A DNA stretch of 63,629 bases, the filler included, from Stramenopiles sp. TOSAG23-3 (Eukaryota): assembly GCA_900128585.1 (NCBI GenBank). It is 10 parts of 10 records of this genome, joined end to end, with 100 filler letters (N's around TTAATTAATTAA, not from the genome) between each part and the next. Parts side by side here need not be neighbours in the genome. Positions count along the whole stretch, not along the records: positions 38,308 to 45,834 come from LT643134.1; positions 45,935 to 53,459 come from LT643135.1; positions 53,560 to 61,081 come from LT643136.1; 7 more parts are not named here. One strand, written 5' to 3'. The position numbers and the translations under genes are program-made. The stretch's first letter is position 1. Each line of letters starts with the position of its first letter. The notes below the pieces were generated by a model. The model was given only the letters and a program-made list of their open reading frames with translations, had not been told where the DNA came from and did no database searches. Positions 41,262 through 53,595 of this stretch are shown here, piece after piece.

Positions 41262-44028
41262 ATGTTCCAAGATAAATCCCCAACGCCCCCGGGTTCAAAG
41301 AAATCCCCCGTGGCGAGCACATCGCCACGGAGCGGGAAAAATCTCAAAGACCGCGCTGAGAGCATGGACGAGTTCGATGAACTAGAAGACGCTAACCTTG
41401 AAAAGGTCGAACTGCTCTTTCGTTTATCCCCCGTGGGCCAATTGATTTACGACAAAAAGTTACCGGAAATCATGATTATTGATGGCGCTCTTCCACTCAT
41501 GGATCGCTTGCTCAATAACATAATGGAAATTTACAAGCTATGTGAAAGCAAGGGGGAAAGTCTAGGCCCATCTCTTTCTAGTTTTATTCGATTTTTAAAT
41601 GTGGCCGAAAAGGAAATGTCGTCAAAGATAACCAGCATGACATCGTTGACACAACTGAACCTTATGCGGGAGCAGCTATTAGACACAGACAACAAGAACA
41701 TACTGAACGACGTGCTGCTGCGTCTCTTGGGGAAGAAGAGCAAAAAGTTTTCGTTTTGTGGGAAGTCGGACGATGTCATTCTCACGGAAATTCAAAATGT
41801 GCTGCAGGGGGTTTTTGAAAACAAAACATTTTCGTACCTCTCGGTCGTACCCACGGAGGAGTTTGCACCCAAAGAAGGCGACTGGATTGATGTGGACGCG
41901 GAAGCATTGGAGTTTCGGTCGACCCCCCCCCTGATTCCTGCCTTTTACCAGGAGAGGCCGAAACTTCTGAAACCGCTTTGCACTGGCCTGACGGGGAGCA
42001 AATCCGTTCACGCGATTGTTGATGACAATCGCAAACGGCCGGCGCTGCTCAACGCAGGGCTCGGGAAAACAACGCTGGCGATAGCAGCGATCAATAACAA
42101 GGCCGTGAAACAAAAATTTTCCAAAATGGTGTGGGTCAATGTGACGGCAGGGATGACGAAAATCGATTTGTACAGAGCGATAGCGGAGCAAGTTTTTTCG
42201 GTCTCTTTTCGCTCCTGGGTTCCCGAGTCGCAAGTGATCAGGTTCTTCAAAAACAAGGTTGTATCCGACCAAGTGAAGGAAAAAATTCTAGTCGTCTTGG
42301 ACGGAGTAACCACGGTGGACCTTGTTTGCGACCTCGTTCACAACGTGTTTGGGTCTGGAAAGTCTTTGAAATTGTTAATGACTGTGAACAGCAACAACAT
42401 TTCTAATTTCTCCCGCGCAGTGCAGTTTTCGAACATGCAGTCTCACTACGTGTCCCGAATGAGTGACGAGGAAGCTATATTTTGGCTTTCGCTGTGGAGC
42501 GAAGAAAACGCTAAGACGCTGAAGACTAACACTAGCGTTCAAAAATTGATCAAGTTATGTGGAAATCTTCCTGCTGCAATCAATGCCATGGGATTCGTGT
42601 ACACAGAAAAGGAGAAAGCTGGGTACGACTCGTGGGAAAGCATACACAACGCCTTGAACGAGGTAAACCCCCTTGCTGCATCCGGGTTCAACGATAACGA
42701 CGATGAAGATGAAAGTGAAACGGAGAACCTGCTCCCCCCCATTGAATGTTCGCAAAGCCTACATCATAATGATGAAAAGCTTACACGGTGACATCCGCAA
42801 GAAGCTTTATACTTTCGGTATTTTTCCCGTTGGCATGAGAATTTCGGTATCTGTCCTTCAAATACTTTGGGGCAAAGAAGAGGAAGATGTCATTAACATT
42901 GTTCATTCGCTAGAAGAAACGTGTTTGTTAAAAATTAGCCAAGAAACTCCTACAATAGTTGAGCTCGACCGGGTGGTACATCTGTTCGTGAAGAATGTGT
43001 TTCAAAGGGAACAGAGGAGGGGAGGCATAGGCCTCAACGGACCCTCCGCAATGACAGCCCTAATGATGGCGTCGCTTCAGTACATTGAAAATAGCAATTG
43101 CTCAATAATAAGTACTCTGGTCGAATCGTGCTTGCTCACGTTTAAATGGAATTTGGACATGGGCGGCACCAAAAAGGACTTGATGGCCAGGTTCAAATTA
43201 AAACTAGAAGAAGCCAAAGCGGAGTTTTTTACGTCCAAATATGGATCTCGCAAAATGTCAATTTTAAACGTAGTCGTTGCGGCAGGTTACTTTCCAGGTA
43301 TTAAACTGTTGACTGATTTAGGATTTGACATGCAAGAAAACAACGGCGAGGGCATTTCCAATTTAGAAATAGCTGGGTTAAACGGTCTATACGAAACGGT
43401 AAAAGTGTTTGCAGACAATGGGATGTTTTCCCTTACAAATACTGGTAGCAACGGCAGGACTGTGCTCTTGAATGCCTCTTCTAGAGGTTTCAACGAGTGC
43501 GTGAAGTGCCTCATATTCGCCGGCGGAAAAATCGAAGATCAAACTGCCAGTGGGGAATCTTGCACGTTTTTGGCATCATTTGGGGGCCACCATAAAACTG
43601 TAAAGTCTTTGATTCAGCGGGGGGCTGATTTCAACAAGGCGCAAAATGAAGGGCAAACGCCGCTGAGTGTTGCATCTTCTTTGGGGTTTGTAAAGGTGGT
43701 GGGGACGCTACTGGAAGTCAATTGCGATGGGGAAAAAAAGATGTCTGATGGTAAAACCGCATTATGGCTTGCAGCCAAAGGCAATCATTACAAGGTGTGT
43801 GAAATGTTAATAAAGAGTGGCGTTACAGTCAACCAAAGCGCAAAAGATGGAAGTACACCTCTGTGGATTGCCGCAAGTTGTGGAAACAAAGAAATTGTCC
43901 AGCTCCTGAGCGACTCTGGCGCCGATATTCAACCGCAAAATGAGGATGGTACGAGTGCTATGTTTGCGGCAGAGGCCGAAGGGCACGAGGATACTGCGGA
44001 ACTTTTGAAATCGCTTGGCGCGAACTAA
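41262..44028 (+). CDS. NLR-like STAND protein: helical N-terminus, NB-ARC, winged helix and ankyrin repeats (frameshift at C7, 42734-42740)
   Basis: Walker A GLGKTTLA, Walker B ILVVLDGV, GxP LCGNLPAAI. The second frame carries the winged helix (KLYTFGIFP..VLQILW) and ~7 ankyrins. Removing one C gives a single 921-aa ORF. Confidence 0.85.
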
Positions 44029-44226
44029 AATCCTAAAAGAAAAGTCAAAATGAAGTTTTAAGAATCTACAAGTATCATTTTATTTAGTTTTAAATTTGAA
44101 GCCAAGAAGATTTAAATTTAAATTTTACTTTATAAAATAACAGCCAAATTTATAAAATATTTTTGTGGTTTTTTAAAATTGAGGGGTGCCTAAACTTTTA
44201 CTGAATCAGATTTTTAAACCTTTTTT

Positions 44227-45834
44227 TCACTCTGGTCCTTGGGCCGCTTTCTCTGCCTCTTTCTGCTGCTTCTTCACAGCCTCCTCTTGTGCTTTCTGAA
44301 CCAAAGTTTGGCAAGCGTTTTGTACTTGGGGATGCAGACTCTGAATCACATCTGCTGGCAAATGCTGAAACGTGGCAACAAACGAGGCCAATGCACTTAC
44401 TTCATCCAGCCGCGAGGTGTATTTATCTTCCCCATCTTCAATTTCTTGTTGGTCCCACACGTCTGGGTTCGCCGCTGCCTCTTTTTGCATCTCTTCCAGC
44501 ATCTTCATGTAATCTTCATCGTCTTGGGTTGTTGCGTCCGCCATGTCGTCGGCATCGTTGTCCTCTTCATCGTCATCTTCAGCGTCGTCTCCATCGCTTT
44601 CATCAGAATCGCTTTCTTCGGAGCTGCTGCTCTCTTCAGAACTATCGTCTGAATCGCCTTCTTCCTCCTTCTGCCTGACAAGGTTGTGCAACATTTCCAC
44701 AGTCTTTGTCAAGACCTGGGCGTAACCCTGCTTGATCAAATCTGGCAATTCCGCCGGGTTTAATTGAATTATGCTCAGCAGCCCTAGAATACAGATTTTC
44801 TTCTGTCGTGTCGATTCATGATTCTGTAGCTGGGCCATCAGCAAGGTAAACACAAACTGCAAGGCATCCTGGGAGACTAAAAATTGCAAGGTCGCGGAGG
44901 CATTATAAATAAAGGAACTTTCTATAATTTCAAGCATGGCCAGGGACACCGCCCCTTCCATAGGTTGCCGCATCCTATTCAAAGTTCCTTGAAGAATCAT
45001 GGGGACAACGTGGTCAATCTTGCCGTGGCAATTGTGCAGCATCGTCAGGTACATCCTTGACGCGCCAACAACGTCACTAGCGTGGGCTTGGTTGTTTTCA
45101 AAGATCTTTTGCACCATTCGGAGAACCATTTCCGTATACGGCATGGCGGCCCCTTCAACGTTTGCCCCCCCTGTGCAAAACGTGTTGTTGTCTTGGTTGA
45201 TGTAATTGTCGACTGGACTAATCATATCCTGGATAAAGTCCCACGCGAACTTGTCGAAACATAGGTACATTTGAGGAAAGATGGCCCACAGTTCTTGGGA
45301 AAAAGGTTCGGGACCACCCCACGTCAAATAGCTAACCGTGTCCAGTACATTTTCTAGGTACTCCATGCCCTGCCCTTGTGGGTTGATTATTGCCGCCACG
45401 ATTGGCAATACGTACTGCTCCATGGTTCTGAACAGCTCCGGTTTATCGTCAGGAAGCGAGCTCAAAAGGACGTTTATGCTTTCGATGCAGTTACTAGCGG
45501 CCATGGCGGCTTCGTCGTCATCCTGGGACATGCCTTGGCTTGCATAACGCTGAAATGCGCCACACAGGTTACTAACAATGTCCACCGCGTAAGGCTCAAT
45601 GTCATCCGCCAAAGCGCTGATAATAGTGGACAGAGCATCGATAACTTCGTCAACACCAATTTCGTTCATCATGGCGAAGTAAGCCTGTAATATCTGGGGC
45701 AACACGCTCTTCACCACTTGTATAACAGGGTGGTCAGGTGCCCCTTCTTCCGCGTCCTCCGTAACATCTTCAGCATCGCGAATAAGGTATTGCAATGCCG
45801 TCGCCGCGGTAATTTGTACCGGGAAATCAGGATC
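44227..45834 (-). CDS. Importin-7/8 family, C-terminal half (5'-truncated)
   Basis: DPDFPVQITAATAL, MMNEIGVDEVIDAL, IEPYAVDIV, DEAAMAA, PVDNYI, KKICILGL, acidic loop. Confidence 0.88.
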   Translation of the reverse strand, partial: DPDFPVQITAATALQYLIRDAEDVTEDAEEGAPDHPVIQVVKSVLPQILQAYFAMMNEIGVDEVIDALSTIISALADDIEPYAVDIVSNLCGAFQRYASQGMSQDDDEAAMAASNCIESINVLLSSLPDDKPELFRTMEQYVLPIVAAIINPQGQGMEYLENVLDTVSYLTWGGPEPFSQELWAIFPQMYLCFDKFAWDFIQDMISPVDNYINQDNNTFCTGGANVEGAAMPYTEMVLRMVQKIFENNQAHASDVVGASRMYLTMLHNCHGKIDHVVPMILQGTLNRMRQPMEGAVSLAMLEIIESSFIYNASATLQFLVSQDALQFVFTLLMAQLQNHESTRQKKICILGLLSIIQLNPAELPDLIKQGYAQVLTKTVEMLHNLVRQKEEEGDSDDSSEESSSSEESDSDESDGDDAEDDDEEDNDADDMADATTQDDEDYMKMLEEMQKEAAANPDVWDQQEIEDGEDKYTSRLDEVSALASFVATFQHLPADVIQSLHPQVQNACQTLVQKAQEEAVKKQQKEAEKAAQGPE

Positions 45835-45934
45835 NNNNNNNNNNNNNNNNNNNNNNNNNNNNNNNNNNNNNNNNNNNNTTAATTAATTAANNNNNNNNNN
45901 NNNNNNNNNNNNNNNNNNNNNNNNNNNNNNNNNN
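45835..45934. other. Artificial contig linker
   Basis: N44-TTAATTAATTAA-N44. Confidence 0.98.
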
Positions 45935-46216
45935 TCTTCTTCTTCAATTTCAAAAAAATAATAATCAACGATTCATTTTGTTTGAACGTTTCTTCTTTTG
46001 TTCACTTCAAGTGAAAGAATCGTATGAAAGCACTTAATCTACGCCTGCAGTCATTCAGATTCCTTACTAGAAAAAAATTTTGTTTTGTATTTAGAAAAAA
46101 CACCCGAAACTCTGATTGACTTAGTCAAACGACAAAGGGGGGAAAGGAAGAAAAACATTGACTTGTGTTTTTTGTTTTTGTTAGTGGGTTTGTAAATGGT
46201 GGGTGTATAGCTGACG

Positions 46217-49054
46217 ATGTCTCAAAATTCTAGGCGTGAAGAAAATGCCTCCAACCAGGGAAGATTCCTTCCTTACACTGCACATAATGCGGATAATAGT
46301 GAAGACGAATGGGAGCCACCTTCTGAAAGTACCGAAGCGCAAATCGACCAAAACAGTCGCGTCCAAGGGGAAGCTTTACCTGGTGAAAACAAGGGCACTG
46401 TTCCAAGTGAGGAAGCCAACCCTGCTGGGGCGGAAGTGCCAAGTTCTGCCGGGGAAGATGACGAAGTGGATGAACTCTACAACCCAGAAGAGGATTACGA
46501 CTCGGAAGATTCGGCGGAAGATTTGTACGACTCCTCGGATAGCAGCGACGAAGAAGGATCGGGGCTGCAGGGGCAAGCGAGCGAAGTCACCCCAGGAGAC
46601 GACGGCGAAGCCGCCCGGGACGCACCGGGCGAGGCCGGTAGTGCGACGCAGCCCCCTAAGGTTGGGGATTCAAGCCAAAATGTGGAATTAGAAGAAAATT
46701 CCGGCTCAGGAAACTCTAGCTCGGCGGCGACCATTGCAATGCGCACGCGTAACCGACAGCCTTTGCCAGATATTGAACTTGACGAGTTTGATAAGTACCT
46801 GCCAGAAAACGAAGAGCCCTTTGATTTTGGTATTTCAAACGAGGACGAAGAGTATAATCGTTTCCTGGCCTTCTTCCAAGACGAAGACTTTCAAGACTTC
46901 GAACTTTTCCCAGAAAGCGAAGAAGACGATGACGAGTATTCCCCAACGGAGGAAGTGGGCAACGCAGAATCCGACGAGGAAGAGGAAGACGATTCCCCAA
47001 AAGTCTCCCACGAAGAATGGGTTGAATTGGTGAACAATGTACGGGAAGTGTTCCAAGGCAGCATGGCCGGCTTGCAAACAATTTTGCCAAAAAATCGTGC
47101 GAACCGAGCGGAAGAACGCTTGAAAGAAAGGCAGCACGGGCGGGGAAAAGAGTACGATCTGAAACAAAAGACCATGCTGCAAATGCGGCAACATTTGCAC
47201 ATTTTGGTGGAGACGCTGCTAGCATGCTGTTGTGGTGACCCTGAGGCAAAAAGCACCGATGCAAAGCATGTACAGTTAAAGGCCCGCAAGAGAACCATAG
47301 CCATGATCAAAAGTTTGAACAAAATGTATCGGGCGTCCCTGCAAGAGCAGGTGCCTATGTTTTCGTCCCGATTAGCCGGAGGAAACCACCGTTTTACAAG
47401 AAGTTCATTCGTTAGAAACTCTCCGAACTTGCCAGGGGGGGCTGCCGGAAGCTCTACTGACACTGCAGGAAGCCGGCCAGCACAGAGCACGGCCGCTGAC
47501 AATGAGACCCGTGCGTCGAAAGCAAGCATCTCATGCATCGCTGGATTGCACATGCTGCCGACACTACTAGCAATTTGTGATAAAATGCATGGGTCAACAG
47601 CGGCTGCTCCAAGCGCAACGATTATAGACGGGGGCAGCAATGACGGGGATGGGGACGAGACAGACGATGACGATGAAGATATTATGGCTTCCATGCCGCC
47701 TACCGCAATGAAGGAGTTGCTCGTTTGGGTTAAATCGTTTGCACCGTTTAAGACTTACGCATCACCAGTGTACGACCCGAACAATAAGGTGAACTTGAAG
47801 GCCCGCTCTGCAACCGGTACCAACCCCGACGATCCCCCACTGAAGACGGCGCCCGAGTGCATCGTCATGAAGCGCAGCTTCACCAGCGCAGAGGACGAGA
47901 TTTTGTTGCTAGCATTGAAACAGTGCGGTAGGGGTGATTTCAAGAAAATTCAATCTCAGTTTTTGCAAGGTTTTACCCCCAGCGCCATTGAAAAACGGTT
48001 CAAGCAACTTGTAGATAGAAATAGACCTTTGCCCAGAAACCCTGTCAGAAAATGGCACGATGACAACAAGAAGCATTTAAATCCCTGGACAGAGGCGGAA
48101 GAGAAGGATATGAAAAGTATTTTTCTCCAGTATAAACGGGCGCTCACGACCGGAAAGAAAAAGGCGAGTAAACTTCAAGAATTTGTTGATCGGTTTCAAA
48201 AGAAGCACCCTTCCAGGTCGTATCGGGCGATTCTGAACAAATATCACCGAATAAAGGATGAGATAATAGTTCCATCGGGAGCCCAAACCTATGGTAGTAG
48301 AAACGAACCACGGGCTGCCGTCGCAGGAGGAAGCCAAAAGGCCACCAACCAGTCCAATAGCGGAGCTGCAGTAAATTTGGAAAACCAGAGCGAAGGCACC
48401 CAGAGTTTTGGCGCGTCTAACTCGCATTTGCCAAATGGTAAAGGAATGATGCCGGACGCCCCCACTGCTTCTGGAAATTCAAACTTCAGTGGCCTTTTCA
48501 ACAATATTGCAAGAAGTAGCAGCTCTGGGTCTGGAGGTTTGTCCATTGGTTCCCCTAGTATACAGTCTCGTCCATCCCATTTGAGCGGGACATTCCGCCT
48601 TAGATCAAACGAAGATAGTATGCCTTTTGCTTTGGCTTTTAGTAGTTCACAATCGTTGCTTCACCATGAAGATTCGATGGAGTTTATCGGTGGAAACCGC
48701 CCACTGCCAAACGAAAACAGTTTGCAACCAATCGAATCTAGGACTTTTAGCTCGACTCAAGATTATACTGTTGGAGGCGAAAACTCATTGCTCGTGAGCC
48801 TTGCAAATGGAAGCATGGATGGTTTTGGACAGCACGACCCACCTGTGCGGAGCTTTGACATCGCTACGCTGCCGAAAGATCGCGATGACGCTCGAGTGTA
48901 CGATACAGAGTATTTGGGCGACGACGATGACGAAGAAGATGTTGAGGACAGCCGTTTAAGTAATAGTAGGGATCACAAGCGGGCAGCACCGTCGTCGAAA
49001 AGGTCCTCTCAAGCGGCGACATCTACAAAAAAAGCCAAAATCGGACACCATTAA
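46217..49054 (+). CDS. GON-4-like Myb/SANT-domain nuclear protein
   Basis: IAMRTRNRQPLPDIELDEF..DEEYNRFL is a GON4L-type block; SANT repeats FTSAEDEILLLALKQCG and PWTEAEE. Confidence 0.75.
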   Translation: MSQNSRREENASNQGRFLPYTAHNADNSEDEWEPPSESTEAQIDQNSRVQGEALPGENKGTVPSEEANPAGAEVPSSAGEDDEVDELYNPEEDYDSEDSAEDLYDSSDSSDEEGSGLQGQASEVTPGDDGEAARDAPGEAGSATQPPKVGDSSQNVELEENSGSGNSSSAATIAMRTRNRQPLPDIELDEFDKYLPENEEPFDFGISNEDEEYNRFLAFFQDEDFQDFELFPESEEDDDEYSPTEEVGNAESDEEEEDDSPKVSHEEWVELVNNVREVFQGSMAGLQTILPKNRANRAEERLKERQHGRGKEYDLKQKTMLQMRQHLHILVETLLACCCGDPEAKSTDAKHVQLKARKRTIAMIKSLNKMYRASLQEQVPMFSSRLAGGNHRFTRSSFVRNSPNLPGGAAGSSTDTAGSRPAQSTAADNETRASKASISCIAGLHMLPTLLAICDKMHGSTAAAPSATIIDGGSNDGDGDETDDDDEDIMASMPPTAMKELLVWVKSFAPFKTYASPVYDPNNKVNLKARSATGTNPDDPPLKTAPECIVMKRSFTSAEDEILLLALKQCGRGDFKKIQSQFLQGFTPSAIEKRFKQLVDRNRPLPRNPVRKWHDDNKKHLNPWTEAEEKDMKSIFLQYKRALTTGKKKASKLQEFVDRFQKKHPSRSYRAILNKYHRIKDEIIVPSGAQTYGSRNEPRAAVAGGSQKATNQSNSGAAVNLENQSEGTQSFGASNSHLPNGKGMMPDAPTASGNSNFSGLFNNIARSSSSGSGGLSIGSPSIQSRPSHLSGTFRLRSNEDSMPFALAFSSSQSLLHHEDSMEFIGGNRPLPNENSLQPIESRTFSSTQDYTVGGENSLLVSLANGSMDGFGQHDPPVRSFDIATLPKDRDDARVYDTEYLGDDDDEEDVEDSRLSNSRDHKRAAPSSKRSSQAATSTKKAKIGHH

Positions 49055-49607
49055 AAAGTACTGAGACGAATGAAACAAAACAACATTTTATAATAATATA
49101 CCAAAAGGGACTTTAGAGGTGTGTAAAATGGACGTGAAATGTATATTTTCCTAATATATTTGAGTCTCATTTATTTGCTACCAGTATAATAACGTAGAGG
49201 ATTTGAGGAAGGAATTTCAGGAATTTATTTGTATTATTAGATATCAAGTGTAATATCGGTATTATAAAGATAAAAGCTAAATTTTCTTATATATATTCGT
49301 TAGGAAAAAAATTAGAAAAAGAAAGTGTACCTATTATTTAGTAATAATAGTAGTATAGATAGTCTGAAATAATTTGACGGACCAAATACATCTCATGGTA
49401 ATAATGTGACAAAATTAGAGATACGATCATCATCGCAATCTCAATCATCACCACCTCATTCATAATACTTTATATCACGAGTTTGCAATATAAGTTGTGT
49501 TTAGAAATTTCTCTTCCCCACAAACAAAGGTTCTGTTCAAGTGTATTTTTCCAAAACAATATAATATAGAGAACGATTTTCTGTTGTGCTGCAGGGAGTT
49601 GAAAACC

Positions 49608-52600
49608 ATGGCCGGGCGACCAAGAAAAACGTCTGCGGACGAGGTGGAGCTTATGCAAAGTAATCGGGGAAGAAAGCTTAGAGGGGAGGATTACATAATG
49701 TCACGTTTGTCTCAAATGACATCCAAACGGGCAAATCAGTTTCAACGAAAGCACAGTGTACAGAAAAGGAAAATGTTAGGAAAGCGACTGGAAGAACATG
49801 GAGTGGACATAGACAAAGAAATAAAGGAAACATTGGCCAATGTGAAAAACAAGTTTCAAACACACCAAAAAAAGGAAATTAATCCAACGATTCCATGTTC
49901 CCATTGGCCGAACAAAACAAATATTGAAGCGTTTAGAAAAAACGACCCGTTGTGGTTGTGGAAGTCCAAACAGAACCCCATTATTAAGAAAATGAAACAA
50001 ATGCAGAAAGAAACAAAAACATCGGTCAACAACTCCTTCTTCAACCTAGAGATCGAATGTCATAGAAAAAGGAAGCCGGTAGCTAGGCATAGACAATCGC
50101 TATGCGACCTGAGGAAAACGTTTTCGTTTGAAAACTCTACAAAAAAAACTCCTGCCCTTAGGCAAAAGAACCGTGGTATGCGGAAAAGCCAAAGCCAAGG
50201 TGAAATGTCGTTGCAGAACCATCGACGCCCTGCAACAGTAGGCAACCATGACAGCTATGAAATTGAAAGCATCTCAAGAAACTTCAAAAATTTGTTTTCT
50301 GGCTCAGCGTACAGAGATAAAGAGCGCTGTCCATACCTGAGCAAATCCATGTTACTGGCACGACGCAGTATGGAAAAACAATCGCAAAATAGGGAAGAAA
50401 AGAACAACAATACAAAGAAGGCACGGCGCAAATTTCAAAAGTCCATTTCACCGACTCCAATAATGTACAATCCCTTTGAAAAAGATCACGCATTTGTTTC
50501 CATTGTTGGAAGAGATGATAGCAATGAAAAATCGAGCGTGAGTACTGCAGCCTTATCTCATGTTTCCATTAAATCATCTTACGACACTCGATCAGAAGCG
50601 GGGGGGGCTGACAATAAACAATATATGAAAGGGTTGGGTGCGCCACCAATAGCAAGTAACGCGAACCGGGCAAACCGCAGAGGCTCCGTGCAAGTTGTCC
50701 CCGACAATGGAAACGACGTTTTTGCTTTAGACGGAGTAGCGAATTTTATAGAAAGCCAAAATACTGGTCTCTTGAAAGAGAGGAAAAAGACTGGAACAGG
50801 TCTTTACGTACGAAGGTTAAGATGGTACGATGCAAAAAATGGCCGAGCGTATTACACGCAGCCCATGATACACGTGCTTTCTAACGCAAAAAGCCACACT
50901 CTTTCACTGCGGGGCCGTGGGCTTATGCCAGAAGCGGCTAACGCCTTGGGAGAGATGATTTCAAGGAATGAACATATTGAGGTGCTGGATTGCTCATTTA
51001 ATCACTCTATGGAAGACACTGGGGCCTCCTATATTTTGAACGCGTTGCAGTACAACAAAACCCTATCTGTTCTCAATCTGAGTGCATGCCAAGTAGGCCT
51101 CCAGAGTATAGAGGCACTTGTTAATTCTATGGAACGGAATTATTCTCTGAAATCCCTCATTCTTAATTCCAATGAAATTGACGATTACTGCATTGAACTG
51201 TTGGAGCCTGTTATGGTAGATATTTCGAAAACAATAACTAATTTGGACTTGTCAAAGAATAAATTGTCGCAAGCAGGTGCGCGGTCACTAGGTCGCATTA
51301 TTCACGCCTCTGTTTTCAATTTGAAAAAGTTGGATATAAAATGGAACATGATACAAGAAAATGGCGGAGTTCACATTGCCAATGGAATTATGAAGATGAT
51401 AAGGAGTGCTTCTGCGCCAGTGAAGGGCATATCAATACCAAACAGGGCCGCCCTTAGGGAGCTCGACGTAAGTTTCACCGGAATTGATGATCGTGCAGGA
51501 ATCCTGTTCGGGAAAATCGTAGAAGATCCCGCGACACCGTTATGCAAGCTTTCATGTTCCCACAACCACAAACTCGGTATCAAAACGGCTGTTGCACTAG
51601 CGAAAGGGCTTCGGGGAAATTGTAAGCTTCGCAAGCTTGACGTAGGCCATTGCTCCTTGACAATGGAAGGGATATTGCACATCATATCTAGCTTGCAATA
51701 CAATTTTGCTTTGAATGTCTTGCATCTAGAAAACAACAACGTAAAACCCCATTTACAGTACGTTTACGAGGGCATTGCAGTTATTCTCCCCAGGCAAAAG
51801 TCTGTGCGGTGCAAAAAGTATGGTTTCGGTGATTGCACCGACGTTGTTGTAAGTTTCCCGCACAACAATGCAGTATTTTCAAAGGGATTTTTAAGAGGAG
51901 AAGAGGAAGCCAGCGACTCTGGAGAAACTGGCAGTACCGTAGCACAAACCTACAGGGACATTTTGGAGATCAACACCGTGCAAGATGCGCCGCCAAAATT
52001 TGATGCTACAGCTCTCGCTCTGCTATGGAACATTAAGCACAGCGTGTTTCACGACCGCCTTTCAATCGCACCGTCAAAAAGCAAACTTGACACATTAGAG
52101 ACTTACCAGAACCTTTTTGATAGTGACTGGGGTGAGCTGGTGAAACGAAAGGGTCTGGGAGACATCTTGATGATTAACACACCAGAAAACGCTATCGCAT
52201 TGTGAGTGACTTATACTTGTATTACGGGGCCATGGACGGCAACAGGAGCGGAGAAAGGTTCACGATCGATGAAAATGGTTGGGAGACTTTTGCTGCAAAT
52301 TGTGGGATTATCCGCGGAGGGAAAAACTACCAGAAGGTACGGGAAAAAATACTTGGATTATTTGCACTTGCAAACGAAGAGTACGGCAATGAAGACGAAT
52401 CCAGCGAAGAGAACAATCTGAACCCTGACGGATCACTGCTGCGGTTTGAATTCTTAGAAGCGCTGCTGAGAACCGCACTGTTGAAGTTTGTCGTTTTGGA
52501 GAAAAAAACAAAAGACTTAAGTGATTCGGTAGACATGCTATTTGACGTGCACATTCTCCCAAACCTTCCAAAAGAATGCCAAGTCGATGCAAACACGTTT

Positions 52601-53194
52601 CGGTCGGATCTGATATATTCTGCTTCTGTCGATGCTGTCCTGACCAGCTGGAAGGCGGTGCTGCAGCAGTATTTCGATAGGCACAAAAAAGTCGGGGGGA
52701 GCAAGCAGAAGAACTGCAATGCACAACCCACAGGAATGTCTTTGAATCAGTGGATACGATTTCTAATTCACTTTGAGGTTCTTGATGAATCCGACAAGGA
52801 CCAATATTTAAAGGCAGTCGTACAATTTAAAAAGAGCATTCCTGTCGGTTACCCGGGGCATTCAATGGACGGCAAACGCATAGTGTTTGTGTCGTTTTTG
52901 GAAGCCCTGTGCCGCGTGGCAGCCTCTATTCAATTTTGGGGAAGTAAAGAGCAGGTAGCACCGCCGGACTACATACGACATTGCCGCAACATTCGCCGTC
53001 CAGGCTCCGACCAAAGGCTACAGTATTACCAATATGCGTTGAAGTCGGTCAAGGGTGGTTTGGTCACAACGCCTGATTTGGTACACAAGTTGCAGTGCAT
53101 GTTTCGATGTTTTCAAGACATTGAAAGCAAAACACCCTATGAAGAAGAAAGCGAAGAAGACTATCACTTCTTGAACCAGGTCCAAATTGGATAA
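49608..53194 (+). CDS. Large RNI-like LRR protein with a C-terminal EF-hand-like region (two frames meeting at ~52175-52245)
   Basis: LRRs LSVLNLSACQVG, LDLSKNKL, LDIKWNMI; second frame LLRFEFLEALLR..FVSFLEALCRVA. Likely ATG at 49608. Confidence 0.75.
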
Positions 53195-53459
53195 TCCCTG
53201 AGTCCAGACACAAGAATATGGTGTAAGTATCCATATGTATTTTCTATATTAATTCAGGTATTTAATCTCTACTACCACAGTAGTTTAAGATAGTCACAGC
53301 AGAAAGAAATAGGGTTTTTTATTATTTCTTCGTAAAATATAAATTATAAGATAGTGTTATAATAGACTTGGTGTTGTTATATAATCCCCTGCTGATACTA
53401 GTCCAGGGACCAAAAATTAACGAAAACGAAAACGAAATATATGAAAATAAGGAAATAAT

Positions 53460-53559
53460 NNNNNNNNNNNNNNNNNNNNNNNNNNNNNNNNNNNNNNNNN
53501 NNNTTAATTAATTAANNNNNNNNNNNNNNNNNNNNNNNNNNNNNNNNNNNNNNNNNNNN
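53460..53559. other. Artificial contig linker
   Basis: N44-TTAATTAATTAA-N44. Confidence 0.98.
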
Positions 53560-53595
53560 CCCCCCCCCCCCCGCCCCCTTTACACGTACCAATCC

